A stretch of DNA of 64,000 nt from an uncultured delta proteobacterium (lineage in GTDB: Bacteria > Desulfobacterota > BSN033 > UBA1163): positions 256,001-320,000 of the forward strand of contig CAVPSJ010000004.1 in NCBI GenBank assembly GCA_963708295.1, given 5' to 3'. The translations under genes were made by a program, and so were the position numbers. The notes beneath the pieces were generated by a model that ran no database searches, was not told the origin of the DNA, and saw nothing but the letters and a program-made list of their open reading frames with translations. This document shows positions 32,494-43,561 of the stretch, one piece after another; positions within the stretch are counted from its first letter, which is position 1, and every line of letters begins with the position of its first letter.

Positions 32494-32556
32494 AAATTAG
32501 CCAGAACACCAGGTTACTCGTACCGTATATCGTGTCGAAATAAAGGAGAGTCTGAT

Positions 32557-33468
32557 ATGGATTATGAAAATGTTCTTTACGAGGTAAATGATCGAATCGC
32601 AGTGATTACTCTAAACCGTCCAGAGAAGCGGAATGCGTTAAATTGGCCTTTATTGGCGGACCTCAGCGCAGCGTTGAAGCAGGCAGAGAGAGATAAGAAT
32701 GTGCGGGTCATCATCCTCAAAGGAGCGGGGCCCTGCTTTTCGGCCGGCCATGATCTGAGTGAGACCATGGGGGATGCGCCGCTCCATTATGGGTCCAAGA
32801 CGTGGGATGAAACGCTCAAGAGCGAAGGAGGTGTCGGTGTGGGGGTCAGTGTCTGGGACAGCAGGGCCCATGTCCAGGGACACATCGACTATCTGCTTGA
32901 GATATGGAATAACTGGAAGCCGATCATTGCCCAGGTACACAGCTTCTGCCTCGGCGGCGCCTCAGGAATCGCCCTGGCGTGTGACATGCTGATCGCTTCG
33001 GAAGATGCCAGGCTGGGATATCCGCCGGCGAGAGGCATGGCGCCCGGCGATGAAATCGTGATCTACTCATGGCACATGGGATTGAAGAAAGCCAAGGAAC
33101 TCTCCCTTACCGGCGACAGCCTGACCGCGAAGGAGATGCTTCGGTACGGGGTGGCAAACTACGTATTTCCAAAGAAGAAGCTGGAGGAGGAGACCTGGAA
33201 AATTGCCAGAAGAATCGCCAACGTCGATCTTGAGCTGCTCTCTCTTTCCAAGAGGGTGGTGAACAGGACCTTTGATCAAATGGGTTTTACGGTATCCATG
33301 CAATATGGGGCCGAGTTTGACAGTTTCGGTCATTTTCTGCAAAACGCAGTCGGTACATTTAAGAAGATCCGCCGGGAGAAAGGGATAAAGGCTGCCTGCG
33401 AATGGAGGGATCGGCCGTTCGGAGGGATCGTCGGCAGGTACCCTCCGGTCGAAGGGACCGAGGAGTGA
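32557..33468 (+). CDS. Enoyl-CoA hydratase / crotonase-family protein
   Basis: LNRPEKRNAL, FSAGHDL, KPIIAQVHSFCLGG, LACD. Confidence 0.92.
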   Translation: MDYENVLYEVNDRIAVITLNRPEKRNALNWPLLADLSAALKQAERDKNVRVIILKGAGPCFSAGHDLSETMGDAPLHYGSKTWDETLKSEGGVGVGVSVWDSRAHVQGHIDYLLEIWNNWKPIIAQVHSFCLGGASGIALACDMLIASEDARLGYPPARGMAPGDEIVIYSWHMGLKKAKELSLTGDSLTAKEMLRYGVANYVFPKKKLEEETWKIARRIANVDLELLSLSKRVVNRTFDQMGFTVSMQYGAEFDSFGHFLQNAVGTFKKIRREKGIKAACEWRDRPFGGIVGRYPPVEGTEE

Positions 33469-35574
33469 AAGCCATTGAACCCCTGACAAACGCATCATCG
33501 AACCATCCGAATAGAGGAATGGGTATGACGCAAAAGCAAACAGAGACCGAGACCGCAACGGAGAATGATCGGGTATCCGGGGATCTGCTTTCATGGGTTG
33601 AAGCCAAAACCCTCGCGCTGACCCAGCGTATCGCATTTGTTGGCGTCATCGGCATGGTGATCATCGGCATTCTCACCGTCATCGATGTCGTTGTGCTGAG
33701 ATCCATGTTCAAAGCGCCCATCCCCGGCTCCAATGAGTTCCTCGTGACGATATTCGCAGTTGCGATTGCCGCGGTTCTTCCCAGCGGGTTTGCACAGCGT
33801 GCCGTCCTGGATATCGACATCCTGGCGAAACGGTTCGGAAAGCGCACGACGGCGTGGCTGCGGGCGGTCGGCAGCGCGATTTTCACCGCGACACTTGTCC
33901 TGATCGCCTGGCGTACCGGTGTGCGTACCTATGAGGCGCATCTTCGGGGCATGGAGACTGTGATCCTTCAGTGGCCGATGTGGCCTTTCCTGTGGTCAAT
34001 TACGGTCTTTTTCGTGTTGTGCGTGCCCGTTCAATTTGTCTCCTTCCTTCGATCGGTGACATCCGCCGTCGCCGTCAGCCGGCAGAAATCCCAGCAAGGA
34101 TGGGGGGCGAAGGCCTTGCTTCCAGACCAAGGGCAAGTGGTGTGCAGCAGAAGCTCAGTCGCTGGTCCGGCCCAACATCACACCGCCGGCCGCTGACGAT
34201 TTAATCGGAGTTCTGGTTGTAGCGGCGATCCTTTACTTCGGAGTCGACTCGCTGAACCCACTTTTGAAATCCCACGGAACGAGCTTGGCGATTTTCATGT
34301 TCCTTTTCCTGTGGGCGGTCATTCTGTTCCTGGTGCCACTGGCTGCGGCCCTGGTGATCTGTGCCCTCCTGGGAGCCGCGGCGTTGGCCGGTTTCTCACC
34401 GGCCCTCAGCGTCTTGGGCTCGGAAACGGTGGGATTGATCACGAATGCTGATCTCGCCGTGATCCCTCTCTTTCTAATGATGAGCGGCTTCGCCACTGCC
34501 GGAGGTATGTCCGCCGATATCTTTCGTCTGGCGCACGCCTTGTTCGGTTTCCTGCGGGGCGGATTGGCGATTGCAACCATCGGGGGGTGCGCCGGTTTCG
34601 GCGCCCTCACCGGCTCTTCGGTTGCAACCGTTGCGACGATCGGTTCCGTCGCTTTGCCCGAGATGAAGCGGCGGGGTTATTCGATGGAGTTGTCTACGGG
34701 AACGATTGCCGCGGGCGGAACGCTCGGACAGTTGGTGCCGCCCTCGACCGCCATTGTTATCTACGCGCTGCTCCTCGAGCAATCGATCGGCCGGTTATAT
34801 ATTGCGGTGCTCATCCCTGCGATGATCACCGCACTATTCTATATGATGACGGTGTCCGTCACGATCCGGCTCAATCCTCTGTCCGCTCCCGTTCGGGATA
34901 AGTTCAGCGGCCGGGAATTGGTGCTTGCCCTCAAGAGCTCCGTATGGGTCTTTCTGATGTTCGGCTCGGTGATCGGAGGCATCTATACCGGTGTTTTTAC
35001 CGCCACGGAAGCGGCTTCGGTCGGGGCGGTCATCGCCTTCCTGGTTGCTCTGTTTAGGGGCAAACTCAAAAAGGGAGCGTTGTGGCAGGTGGTGGGAGAG
35101 ACAACCCGTTCCACCTCGATGCTTTATTTCCTGATTATCGGCGGGATGGTGATTTCTTTCTTTATGGGCACCTCGGGGCTTCCGGAGACGGTGACAAAAA
35201 CGTTAACCGGCTCCGGCCTTTCGGGCCTGGCGATTATCTGCATCCTGGTCGGAATCTATATTCTGCTCGGCATGGTCATGGATTCGTTCGCGGTGATGAT
35301 CGCGACCGCATGCCTGGTCGCGCCGATCGTCATCAGCTTTGGTTATGACCCGATCTGGTGGGGAATCATCATGGTGGTGCTAATTGAGATGGGCGTGGTG
35401 ACGCCGCCGTTCGGCCTCAATCTCTTTGCGATCAAGAGCATTGCACCGGACGTATCGCTGACTACGGTGTATCGCGGGGTCATCCCGTTCCTCTTCGCGG
35501 ACATGGTAAAATTGGCTCTATTAATTGCTTTTCCGTACCTGATCCTGTGCCTTGTGAACGTGGGCGTGAAATGA
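33465..35574 (+). CDS. TRAP transporter fused small+large permease (DctQM), frameshifted at ~34120-34200
   Basis: DctQ-like DVVVLRSMFKAPIPGSNE region, then DctM motifs VIPLFLMM, GGTLGQLVPPS, GVFTATEAAS, VVTPPFGLNLF. Confidence 0.82.
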
Positions 35575-35744
35575 TATAGAAGGAAACCTCGGACCGCGAA
35601 GGCGTTTGGTTCGTTCGGCTGTAAGCGCGGGATGCTGCTGGAGCGACGGGGCCAAAGCCCTGAAGTTACCCGACCCGCGCGAAATGAAAGGATGTTGTCT
35701 TGAAGAGGTCAATGTTTTTCAACTCAACGAAGGGAGGACTGTTT

Positions 35745-36812
35745 ATGCTTAAGAAGAAAGGAAAAGCAATGAAACCTTGTTTCAATGGGAGGACTTTGGG
35801 TTTTGTCCTGCTCTGGATGGTTACACTCATCCTGGTCGGGTCCCTGCTGTTGGAGTCCAGTGCGGTTCGGGCCGAGCCAGCGACGCTGAAGTTTGCCACA
35901 ACCATTCCACCGTCAAACCCGATTGTCACAGAAGTCTTTGAGCCGTGGGCAAAGAAGGTTAACGAGGCCTCAAATGGAGAACTGAATATTCAGGTCATTT
36001 CCGGCCCTACCCTGGCCAACCCGGCAAACGTGTGGGAGCGGACTGTCAGCGGAGTGACGGAAATTGGGTTCGGCATCCATGGCGCGGTCGGCCTGCCGTT
36101 TCCGAAAACCACGGTAACCAGCGTGCCTTTTGTGGTGGACGACCTGACTGCCGGATCGGTTGGCTTGTGGCGTCTTTATGAGAAGGGTCTAATCGCCGAC
36201 GAGTACAAGGATGTCAAGGTCCTGGCGTTGGTGGTCACTCCCGGTTCACTCATTGCCTCCAAGAAACAGGTCACTTCGCTCGAAGACATGAAGGGGCTGA
36301 AGGTGCGAGCCGCGAACAAAATCGTCGCCAATATCATTTCCGCCCTGGGCGGCGCCCCGATCTCCGTTCCGGCGCCGGAAACCTATCAGGCCCTTCAACG
36401 GGGTGTCGTGACCGCGAGTGTTGCGGGCTGGGTGCTCGTTAACAATTTCAAGTTCTACGAGGTGGTAAACTATTACCTGGAGGGTGTGCCTCTCGGCGAG
36501 CCTTCCGGATTCGTCATCATGAACCGTCAGTCCTACGATAAGCTTTCGCCCAAGGCAAAGGAGGTCCTCGACCGGTTCTCGGGCGAGCCTTTTTCGCGCG
36601 ATTACGGCGCCTGGTTCAAGATGGATGCGGGGAGGGGTCGGCAGCGTATTGCATCCCTGCCCAACCAGCATATCATGACGCTTACCCCCCAGGAGAAGGA
36701 GCGCTGGAAGAAAGCACTGGAACCGGTGGTCAAGGATTGGGTTACTAAGACGCCCGACGGCGCGAGGATCCTTGAGACGTATCGCGCCGAGTTGAAGAAG
36801 CTCGGTCAATAA
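35745..36812 (+). CDS. dctP: TRAP transporter substrate-binding protein
   Basis: Signal peptide; EDMKGLKVR, LGGAPISVP..ETYQALQRG, MNRQSYDKL. Confidence 0.9.
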   Translation: MLKKKGKAMKPCFNGRTLGFVLLWMVTLILVGSLLLESSAVRAEPATLKFATTIPPSNPIVTEVFEPWAKKVNEASNGELNIQVISGPTLANPANVWERTVSGVTEIGFGIHGAVGLPFPKTTVTSVPFVVDDLTAGSVGLWRLYEKGLIADEYKDVKVLALVVTPGSLIASKKQVTSLEDMKGLKVRAANKIVANIISALGGAPISVPAPETYQALQRGVVTASVAGWVLVNNFKFYEVVNYYLEGVPLGEPSGFVIMNRQSYDKLSPKAKEVLDRFSGEPFSRDYGAWFKMDAGRGRQRIASLPNQHIMTLTPQEKERWKKALEPVVKDWVTKTPDGARILETYRAELKKLGQ

Positions 36813-37030
36813 GATGGTTCCTGGTATGCAATGAGCCGGAGCCGTGCCACCGATCTAATGAATGGGCGATAGCAAGAAGATTTGCCGAAGAAGCCGGAGC
36901 CCCCGGGGCTCCGATTCGGTATTATTTTCGATTCGAAGGATCGCCCTCTAAGGGTTATTCCCAGAGAAAAGGCCTTGGTTGTGACAGTGCAGATCCGAAT
37001 CATATCGGGCGATACGAGGAGATACTGATA

Positions 37031-37924
37031 ATGAGCATTCTGGGATTACACTGCGGCAGACGGATGGGCAATTCGGAAATCTTGCTGAAAGAGGCCCTGA
37101 TGGGGGCTGAAGAGAGAAGCGGCGTCGGGGTCGAAATCATTCGTCTGATGGATCTGACGATCAAGCCCTGTACCGGGTGTGAATCTTGTGCGAGAAAACG
37201 CTCACGGGGAGAAGAGATGGAGTGCGTCCAGAAAGACGACCACATGTCCTTTCTTCTGGAGAAGACTCCTGCAATGTGACGCGTTGATTCTGAGCACGCC
37301 AGTCTATGTCCTGACGCCTCCGGGATTTTTGAAGATGATCGCCGACCGGGTATTTCGCCATGCATGGGCCCCGATCAAGCCCAAAGTCGGCGCGGTGATC
37401 TGCGTCGGAGGGACCGACTGGGTCAATCTGGCGCTTCCCCTTGCAAATCTCTGCCTTCCGCGGAAGATCAAGATTGTCGACCAGCAACTGGTGACCTATT
37501 CGGCCGGGGCCGGGCAAGTCTTGATGAATGACAGAGCCATGGCCGATGCAAGAAGAGCTGGGCCGAAGAGTGGGCGAAGCCATGGGCATCCCCATTGATG
37601 AAGTGAAGTATCTGGGCGAAGAGGAAGAGACTTGCCCTCTGTGCCATTCGAATCTGCTCAGGCTGCGAGGGAAATTTGTGGAATGTCCCCTTTGCGACAT
37701 CAAGGGAAGGATTGAAATAAAAGGGGAGCAAATATCGGTTGTGTATGACTGATGAGGAACTGGAAAGGTGGCGCTGGGGAGGATCGGGGACCTAGAAGCA
37801 CCACCAGGAGATTCGGGAGACGCATCAAGCATACGATGAAAATCTGCCTGAAATAAAAGAGAGAATTAAGAAATACAGGGCCTACAAATCCTGTCTGGTT
37901 CCCCCACCCCTCAAAGCAAAGTAG
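37031..37924 (+). CDS. Flavodoxin-like iron-sulfur flavoprotein with C-terminal Zn-ribbon, several frameshifts
   Basis: GRRMGNSEILLKEAL, IKPCTGCESC...C, DALILSTPVY, CVGGTDW, CPLCHSN...CPLC over 3-4 frames. Confidence 0.8.
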
Positions 37925-37971
37925 CGGTTCCAACGAGTGGGTGAACGGGAGGCAAATGAGGAGACCCGATC

Positions 37972-39145
37972 ATGAAAATCGTGGACCTGAAAACATATGT
38001 CGTTGGAACGCCCCCTCCTCACCGTGGAGGTCGCAACTGGGTATTCCTCAAATTGACAACGGATCATGGCATCAGCGGTTTTGGCGAAGCCTATGGAATC
38101 CCTTTCCATCCTAAGAAGGCCGCAGGCCTGATTGAAGACATCGGCGAAAGGTTTGTTATCGGAGCCAATCCGTTTGATGTCGAGAAGCTGTGGCGAAGCA
38201 TCTATGGAAGCATGTTCGGCCAGCATCCGGACATGGTCAAGGTGGCTGTGATCAGCGCCGTCGAAATGGCATGCTGGGATATCATCGGAAAGGAATTGAA
38301 TCAACCCCTTTACAACCTGCTGGGGGGTCGGTACAGGGAAAAGCTTTGGTCGTATACGTATTTATATGCCGAGCCGGGGACGGGTGTATCCACTTCCCAA
38401 TTGCAGTGCGATCCGGAAATGGCTGCCAGGCGGGCGCTCGATTACGTGAAACAGGGCTTCACTGCCGTTAAGTTCGACCCGATTCACGACCTGATGCTGC
38501 CCTTCAGTCCCTATGAACTTACCCTGGAAGTACTCGACCGGGCGGAAGATGTGGTCAGAATCTGTTCGGGAGGCGGTCGGAAACAAAGTTGAATTGCTCA
38601 TCGGAACTCACGGGCAGACGAACACTTCCAGCGCCATTCGATTGGCGAAGAGACTGGAGAAGTATGACCCTCTCTGGTTTGAGGAGCCGGTGCCTCCGGA
38701 AAATGTGGACGAAATGGCCAGGGTCGCCCGTTCGACCAGCGTCCCCATTGCCACAGGCGAACGATTGTCTACGATGTATGAGTTTGCGGCCTTAGTCGAA
38801 AAACAGGCGGCCTCCATCTTACAGATGTCCATCGGACGCTCCGGCGGTATTCTGATGGCCAAAAAGATCGCGGCCATGGCTGAGGTCCACTATGCGCAGA
38901 TTGCGCCGCACCTCTACTGCGGCCCCATCGAGCAGGCCGCCAATATCCATATCGGCATCTCCACTCCCAATTTCCTCATCCAGGAGACGATCGAGAGAAT
39001 GGATGGATTCCACGCTGAAATCGTGACTGACCCGATTCAATGGGAAGACGGATATATTTTCCCTTCCGACAAACCCGGTTTGGGTGTCGAACTGAATGAA
39101 GAGGTGGCTGAAAAGCATCCCTGCAATGACCAATTGTGGGATTGA
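37972..39145 (+). CDS. Mandelate racemase / galactonate dehydratase-like enolase-superfamily enzyme, frameshifted near 38560
   Basis: WVFLKLTTDHGISGFGE, SAVEMACWDI.GK, KFDP, WFEEP, PIATGER, APHLYCGP, PGLGVE. Confidence 0.88.
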
Positions 39146-39186
39146 AGCGCCAGAACCCGGCTCTAGGTTTAAGATGGAGGTAGTCC

Positions 39187-39717
39187 ATGATGCCCCGCGA
39201 CTTTTTTCTCAATAAAGAGTTTATGGAGAATGCGGTCATCGAAGATCATGAACTGAAGGGCATCACTCCGGAAATGGTGGATTGGTGGTGGGGCCATATC
39301 GATAATTCCGAACGCTATAAGTTGTGGCATCCCAAGGACCATATCTCTTTCAGGTGGCTTGTCCCTCCGACGCGGGAAAGTTATATCGGGGCGGTCCAGC
39401 TGGTCGAGGAGTACATCGGTGGGCAACTTGTCACCGTCCGAATCCGTTGGGAAGACCCGAGGGACGTTCCCGCCGAATACGGTCACGTGCTGGTGGCCAG
39501 CATCCTGGACGACAAGGGAGAGATTATCAGGTCCTTCAAACACGAGTACGAGGAGACGCTCTATGGTGTCCGGATGCGCTCGACCTTTCCTCTTACGCCC
39601 GACACCCCAAAATGGCGTGCACAGGGACTTCCCACTCACAACCGTGAGGAGATGCAACGGCTTCCGGAATTCCTGCCCAGGCTCTATCGGGAAGAAGTCT
39701 TGAGTCAAAGAGAATAG
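39187..39717 (+). CDS. DAPG hydrolase (PhlG)-like protein
   Basis: GITPEMVDWWW, YKLWHPKDH, VEEYIG, H..EEM..L..FLP.LY. Confidence 0.72.
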   Translation: MMPRDFFLNKEFMENAVIEDHELKGITPEMVDWWWGHIDNSERYKLWHPKDHISFRWLVPPTRESYIGAVQLVEEYIGGQLVTVRIRWEDPRDVPAEYGHVLVASILDDKGEIIRSFKHEYEETLYGVRMRSTFPLTPDTPKWRAQGLPTHNREEMQRLPEFLPRLYREEVLSQRE

Positions 39718-39736
39718 CGAATTACCGAGAAAAGGT

Positions 39737-40162
39737 TCATTTTCGTGAGGCACGAAGAGGAAACCTCTCTCCATCTATTTCAACCGTCGTTTTTGAATAC
39801 GTCAACTTCCTCATGATCTTTCCATCCTGGAAATGAAGGACATCGACCCCCCTTCGTTTTTCAGGCTTTCCCTCATAACCTCTTTCGAGCGAAGGCCACA
39901 CGAGCTGCCATCGGAAAAGAACTTTTTGTTCTTTCTCATCGATAAACGTCTCTTCTTCTATGAACCGAAATCCTCCGTGGTTTGTGAACCAGGATGCCCA
40001 TGCTTTCTTGAGCGCCTCCTTCCCGCTGACTTTTCCACCCGTCCAGTTTTCAAATAGAACCTCATCATGCATCAGTTTCAAAACCCCTTCAAGATCATGA
40101 TGATCCCAGGAAAGATTCCATTCGTTTAACGCATTCCTGATCTCTTCTCTTGTAAGTAACAT
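39737..40162 (-). CDS. SnoaL / NTF2-like protein
   Basis: W..HDLEGV..LMHDEV.F, RGVDVLHFQDGKI. Confidence 0.85.
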   Translation of the reverse strand: MLLTREEIRNALNEWNLSWDHHDLEGVLKLMHDEVLFENWTGGKVSGKEALKKAWASWFTNHGGFRFIEEETFIDEKEQKVLFRWQLVWPSLERGYEGKPEKRRGVDVLHFQDGKIMRKLTYSKTTVEIDGERFPLRASRK

Positions 40163-40428
40163 GGAATAGCTTGGGTTATCTTGGATTATTTTTGGTTAAG
40201 ACGGTTACACTTTGGTTACACTCTCTTACCACGGAAATTTCGTAGGGCCCCCTGTTATTCACTCCATGGTCCTGCAATATTTAAGTCTTCAATATTGTGA
40301 CCCCGTGGCTCCTCGAAATGCTCCCTTACGTTCACCTGATAACAGATGGGCTGGCCCCGTATGGGCCGGGTAGAACATCAGGGTGCAGACATGCTTCAGT
40401 CAAGTGAGCCATCAGTCTGCGAGCCTTC

Positions 40429-41028
40429 TCAATGCATGTTCCGCTCCATTGCCGCCACCAGCTCTTTTGATCCCTGGCCCCAGCGCGAGATGACCTTGAT
40501 CGCCTGGGTGAAGGGGACGTCAATTGGGTGGACGCGCCCCCGCTCAAGGATGTAGACCGCCCCTGCAAGAGGGGTGGGCACCGAAGGGACAAAGACCGTG
40601 TAGCGCCCGTCATCGAACTCTTCGATAATGAACGCCGGCACCAGTGCTTCCTCGATCTCGGCCAGGGCAGGTTTCCAGACGTTTTCGCGGTCTTCTCCCA
40701 CAAGCCGCTGCGTAAGGCTGCGCAGCAGGGCATATCCGGGAATCCGCTCGAACAGCGAACGTTCGATCCTTTCTCTGACGGCCCTTCCTGCTTTTGTCCG
40801 TACGATCATGCCCACCATGAGGCACAGGATCAACAGCAACAGAAATGCAATCAAATCTTCACCCGGCAGCCAGTCCGGGACCAAGAGGGCTACGGGCTTC
40901 ACCAGCCCCCTGACCGAACTCATCGCCTTGAGGAGCAGCAGAATGGACAGATACACCGGCACAATGACGATAAATCCGGTGACCAGCCCGCCCAGCAGGT
41001 ATCTACGGATACTTTTCATCGCGCTCAC
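40429..41028 (-). CDS. DUF502 membrane protein
   Basis: Two N-terminal TMs; LFERIPGY; TVFVPSVPTPLAG. Confidence 0.8.
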   Translation of the reverse strand: MSAMKSIRRYLLGGLVTGFIVIVPVYLSILLLLKAMSSVRGLVKPVALLVPDWLPGEDLIAFLLLLILCLMVGMIVRTKAGRAVRERIERSLFERIPGYALLRSLTQRLVGEDRENVWKPALAEIEEALVPAFIIEEFDDGRYTVFVPSVPTPLAGAVYILERGRVHPIDVPFTQAIKVISRWGQGSKELVAAMERNMH

Positions 41029-41192
41029 CCTTTCAACAGAATGGTTTGATCACTGAAATTCCTGTTGAGGACTCGCCCCGCTTAGCACCATCGAGGCCTT
41101 TATCCAGTTCGGTGTGGGGGACGTTTTTTACTATATCACAGTTTTTTCCAATCGGCGAACCTTTGTCTGGAGGCAGGCTAAAGTAGATGAAT

Positions 41193-41261
41193 TGGTGCCG
41201 GAGGTCGGAATCCCTTCGATTGACTCAGGGCAGGCTCCCCGACATGGGGTGGAAGCCCCGC
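41193..41261 (-). repeat. Duplicated 3' half of tRNA-Leu (att-like site) with a 26-nt palindromic insert in the T-loop
   Basis: TGGTGCCGGAGGTCGGAATC [CCTTCGATTGACTCAGGGCAGGCTCC] CCGACATGGGGTGGAAGCCCCGC, compared with the tRNA at 43337. Confidence 0.88.
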
Positions 41262-41264
41262 CGC

Positions 41265-41428
41265 GTTCATTTTTTGTGAACATACAAAAATATTGAACAA
41301 AATCCAACCCTTTTACGATTAGCGACAGGCGGAGTAAAAGGTTACCGTCCGATAGTCTCAAAAATACCTTGACATTTGTTCATTATTATGATATGTTCAT
41401 AATCAGTGAACACTAATATATATTGAAC
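41265..41428 (+). promoter_or_regulatory. Promoter with two 34-bp GTTCA-N7-TGAAC-N12-TGAAC boxes, candidate AbiEi operators
   Basis: 41265-41298 and 41395-41428 share the pattern; TTGACA at 41369. Confidence 0.6.
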
Positions 41429-41444
41429 CATACGGGTCATCTCC

Positions 41445-42480
41445 ATGGAAAAAACGAAAGAAAATGAGCTCTTGCAACTTGCCTTGGAGGCACTTAAGAA
41501 TAACCTTCCCGAACAGGCAGAAATTAAGACTATAAAACCAGTTCGCGATCCGAGGGTTCCTGCAGATTACCTATTGCAGATAGCAATGCAAGGTAAAGAA
41601 ACCAGGTATTATGTTGAGGTCAAGACCAATGTGACGAAGGCGGACAAGCTGTTGGCGGTGATGCGCAAAGCTGACCTGCACCATCCGCTCTTGCTGGTCA
41701 CCAAATACATAAACCCACAACTGGCCGACGAACTGAAACAGAACGGCACCGAATTCGTCGACGCTGCTGGAAACACATTTATCAATCAGCCGCCTCTATA
41801 CGTTTTCATCAAAGGAAACAAGCCTGGTATTGTCATCAAAGCCCCTCCTCCCAAACGAACCTTCAAGCCCGCAGGGCTTAAAGTAATTTACGGCTTTCTT
41901 TGCAATCCTGGCCTGGAGAACAAGACATATCGAGAGATTGCTGCCGAAACGGACGTAGCCCTCGGGACCGTTGACTGGATCATGAAAGAACTAAAAGAGT
42001 TAGGATTTTTATTGGACATGGGGAAACGAGGTCTCAGGCTACTCCAGAAGGAAAAGCTGTTGCAGCGGTGGGTTACCGCGTATCCGGAGCAATTAAGGCC
42101 AAAACTCACATTAGGACACTTCAGGGGCGAACCCGGAATGGTGGCGACAAAAGAAGCTCGATCCGCTAAAAGCGCAGTGGGGAGGAGAGGTCGCTGCTGA
42201 AAGGCTTACCCAATATCTTCAACCTCAAATCATAACCATCTATACAACACCCCAGCAGCTCAATCAATTGTTAGCCGAAAACAGACTCAGGAAAGACGAA
42301 ACCGGGGATGTTGAAATCCTGAAGAGATTTTGGAAGCCACCTGAAATGTGGCAATATGAAGATCTCGTCCATCCGATTCTTATTTATGCGGATCTCTTAG
42401 CAACAGGCAATGAGAGAAATATCGAAACCGCCAAGATGATTTATGACAAACATATTCTTGAACTTATCAGGGAAGATTGA
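41445..42480 (+). CDS. Type IV toxin-antitoxin AbiEi-family antitoxin, frameshifted near 42137
   Basis: FVDAAGN.FI; HTH YREIAAETDVALGTV; LLQRW...Y...LRPKL; then WGGEVAA and VHPILIYADLL. Confidence 0.82.
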
Positions 42481-43312
42481 AAACCCAGTCGTTGACGCTC
42501 TTCAAATCTTGAAGAAGGTGGCAGACTCCTTAGGCGTCAACTTTTTCGTGGTTGGTGCCTCCGCCAGGGATTTCATCCTCAGACACCAGTACGGTATCGA
42601 GCCTCGAAGAAAGACCGGGGACATCGATTTAGGAGTGGAGGTTGCAAGCTGGGAACAATTCAAGACGTTGTTCGAGTCACTGATTTCAACAGGCCAGTTT
42701 TCTCCTGCTTCCGAAAGGCATAGGTTACGCTGTGGAACCGTTCTCATAGATATTCTCCCCTTTGGTCCTATCACCGACGAGGACAAGAAAATCAGTTGGC
42801 CTCCAGAACACGAGATCATTATGAGTATGGTAGGTTTCGAAGAGGCTTATGAACATTCGATAACCGTCAGAGTAAGCTCTGATCCCGATCTCGATATCAA
42901 ATTGGCCACCTTGCCTGGCTTGGCAATCATGAAGCTTGTTTCCTGGAAAGAAAAATATCCGGACCGAAAAAGGGATGCCGAAGATTTACTGCTCATTATG
43001 AATAAGTACGAGGAAGCTGGAAATTCCGAGCGATTGTATGAGGAGGACTTGCCATTGCTCCAAGAAGAGGGGTTTGATACAACATTAGCCGGTGCTCGGT
43101 TGTTAGGCCGCGACATGGCCAAAATATCCGACTCAAAAACATTCCTGATTGTCAAAGAAATCTTGGATGACGAAACCAAGGAGACGAGTCAATACAAATT
43201 GATTTCGGATATGATGAGGGAGGCTGGTATGTCCGATACGAGGTTTGACGGAATACTGGCCCAGCTAACGAAGCTTAGAGAAGGGTTCGTCGAGGTCGGA
43301 GAAAAACCCTAA
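42443..43312 (+). CDS. Nucleotidyltransferase, AbiEii/AbiGii-type toxin
   Basis: FFVVGASARD, RKTGDIDLGV, IDILPFG, MKLVSW, KRDAEDL; overlaps the antitoxin 3' end. Confidence 0.82.
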   Translation: MTNIFLNLSGKIENPVVDALQILKKVADSLGVNFFVVGASARDFILRHQYGIEPRRKTGDIDLGVEVASWEQFKTLFESLISTGQFSPASERHRLRCGTVLIDILPFGPITDEDKKISWPPEHEIIMSMVGFEEAYEHSITVRVSSDPDLDIKLATLPGLAIMKLVSWKEKYPDRKRDAEDLLLIMNKYEEAGNSERLYEEDLPLLQEEGFDTTLAGARLLGRDMAKISDSKTFLIVKEILDDETKETSQYKLISDMMREAGMSDTRFDGILAQLTKLREGFVEVGEKP

Positions 43313-43336
43313 ATAAGTAATCAGGGGTGAAAAAAT

Positions 43337-43425
43337 TGGTGCCGGAGGTCGGAATCGAACCGACATGGGGTTGAAGCCCCGCGGGATTTTGAGTCCCGTG
43401 CGTCTACCAGTTTCACCACTCCGGC
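43337..43425 (-). tRNA. tRNA-Leu(CAA)
   Basis: GCCGGAGTGGTGAAACTGGTAGACGCACGGGACTCAAAATCCCG...GGTTCGATTCCGACCTCCGGCACCA; long variable arm. Confidence 0.96.
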
Positions 43426-43561
43426 ACAGAAATTCAATATAAGAAAAACTGCTCATATGTCAAATCTAAAATGTCAATTCATCCCCTAGACATTGGCCAT
43501 TTAGGACGAATTGACAATTTTTCCGACTTGATGTTATTTTGCACTGTGTTAATAAATTCGT

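Noticed and set aside
37031-37924. TGA stops in split genes as possible selenocysteine or programmed recoding
   Set aside because: The continuations are in different frames rather than read-through, and no shared slippery motif was seen.
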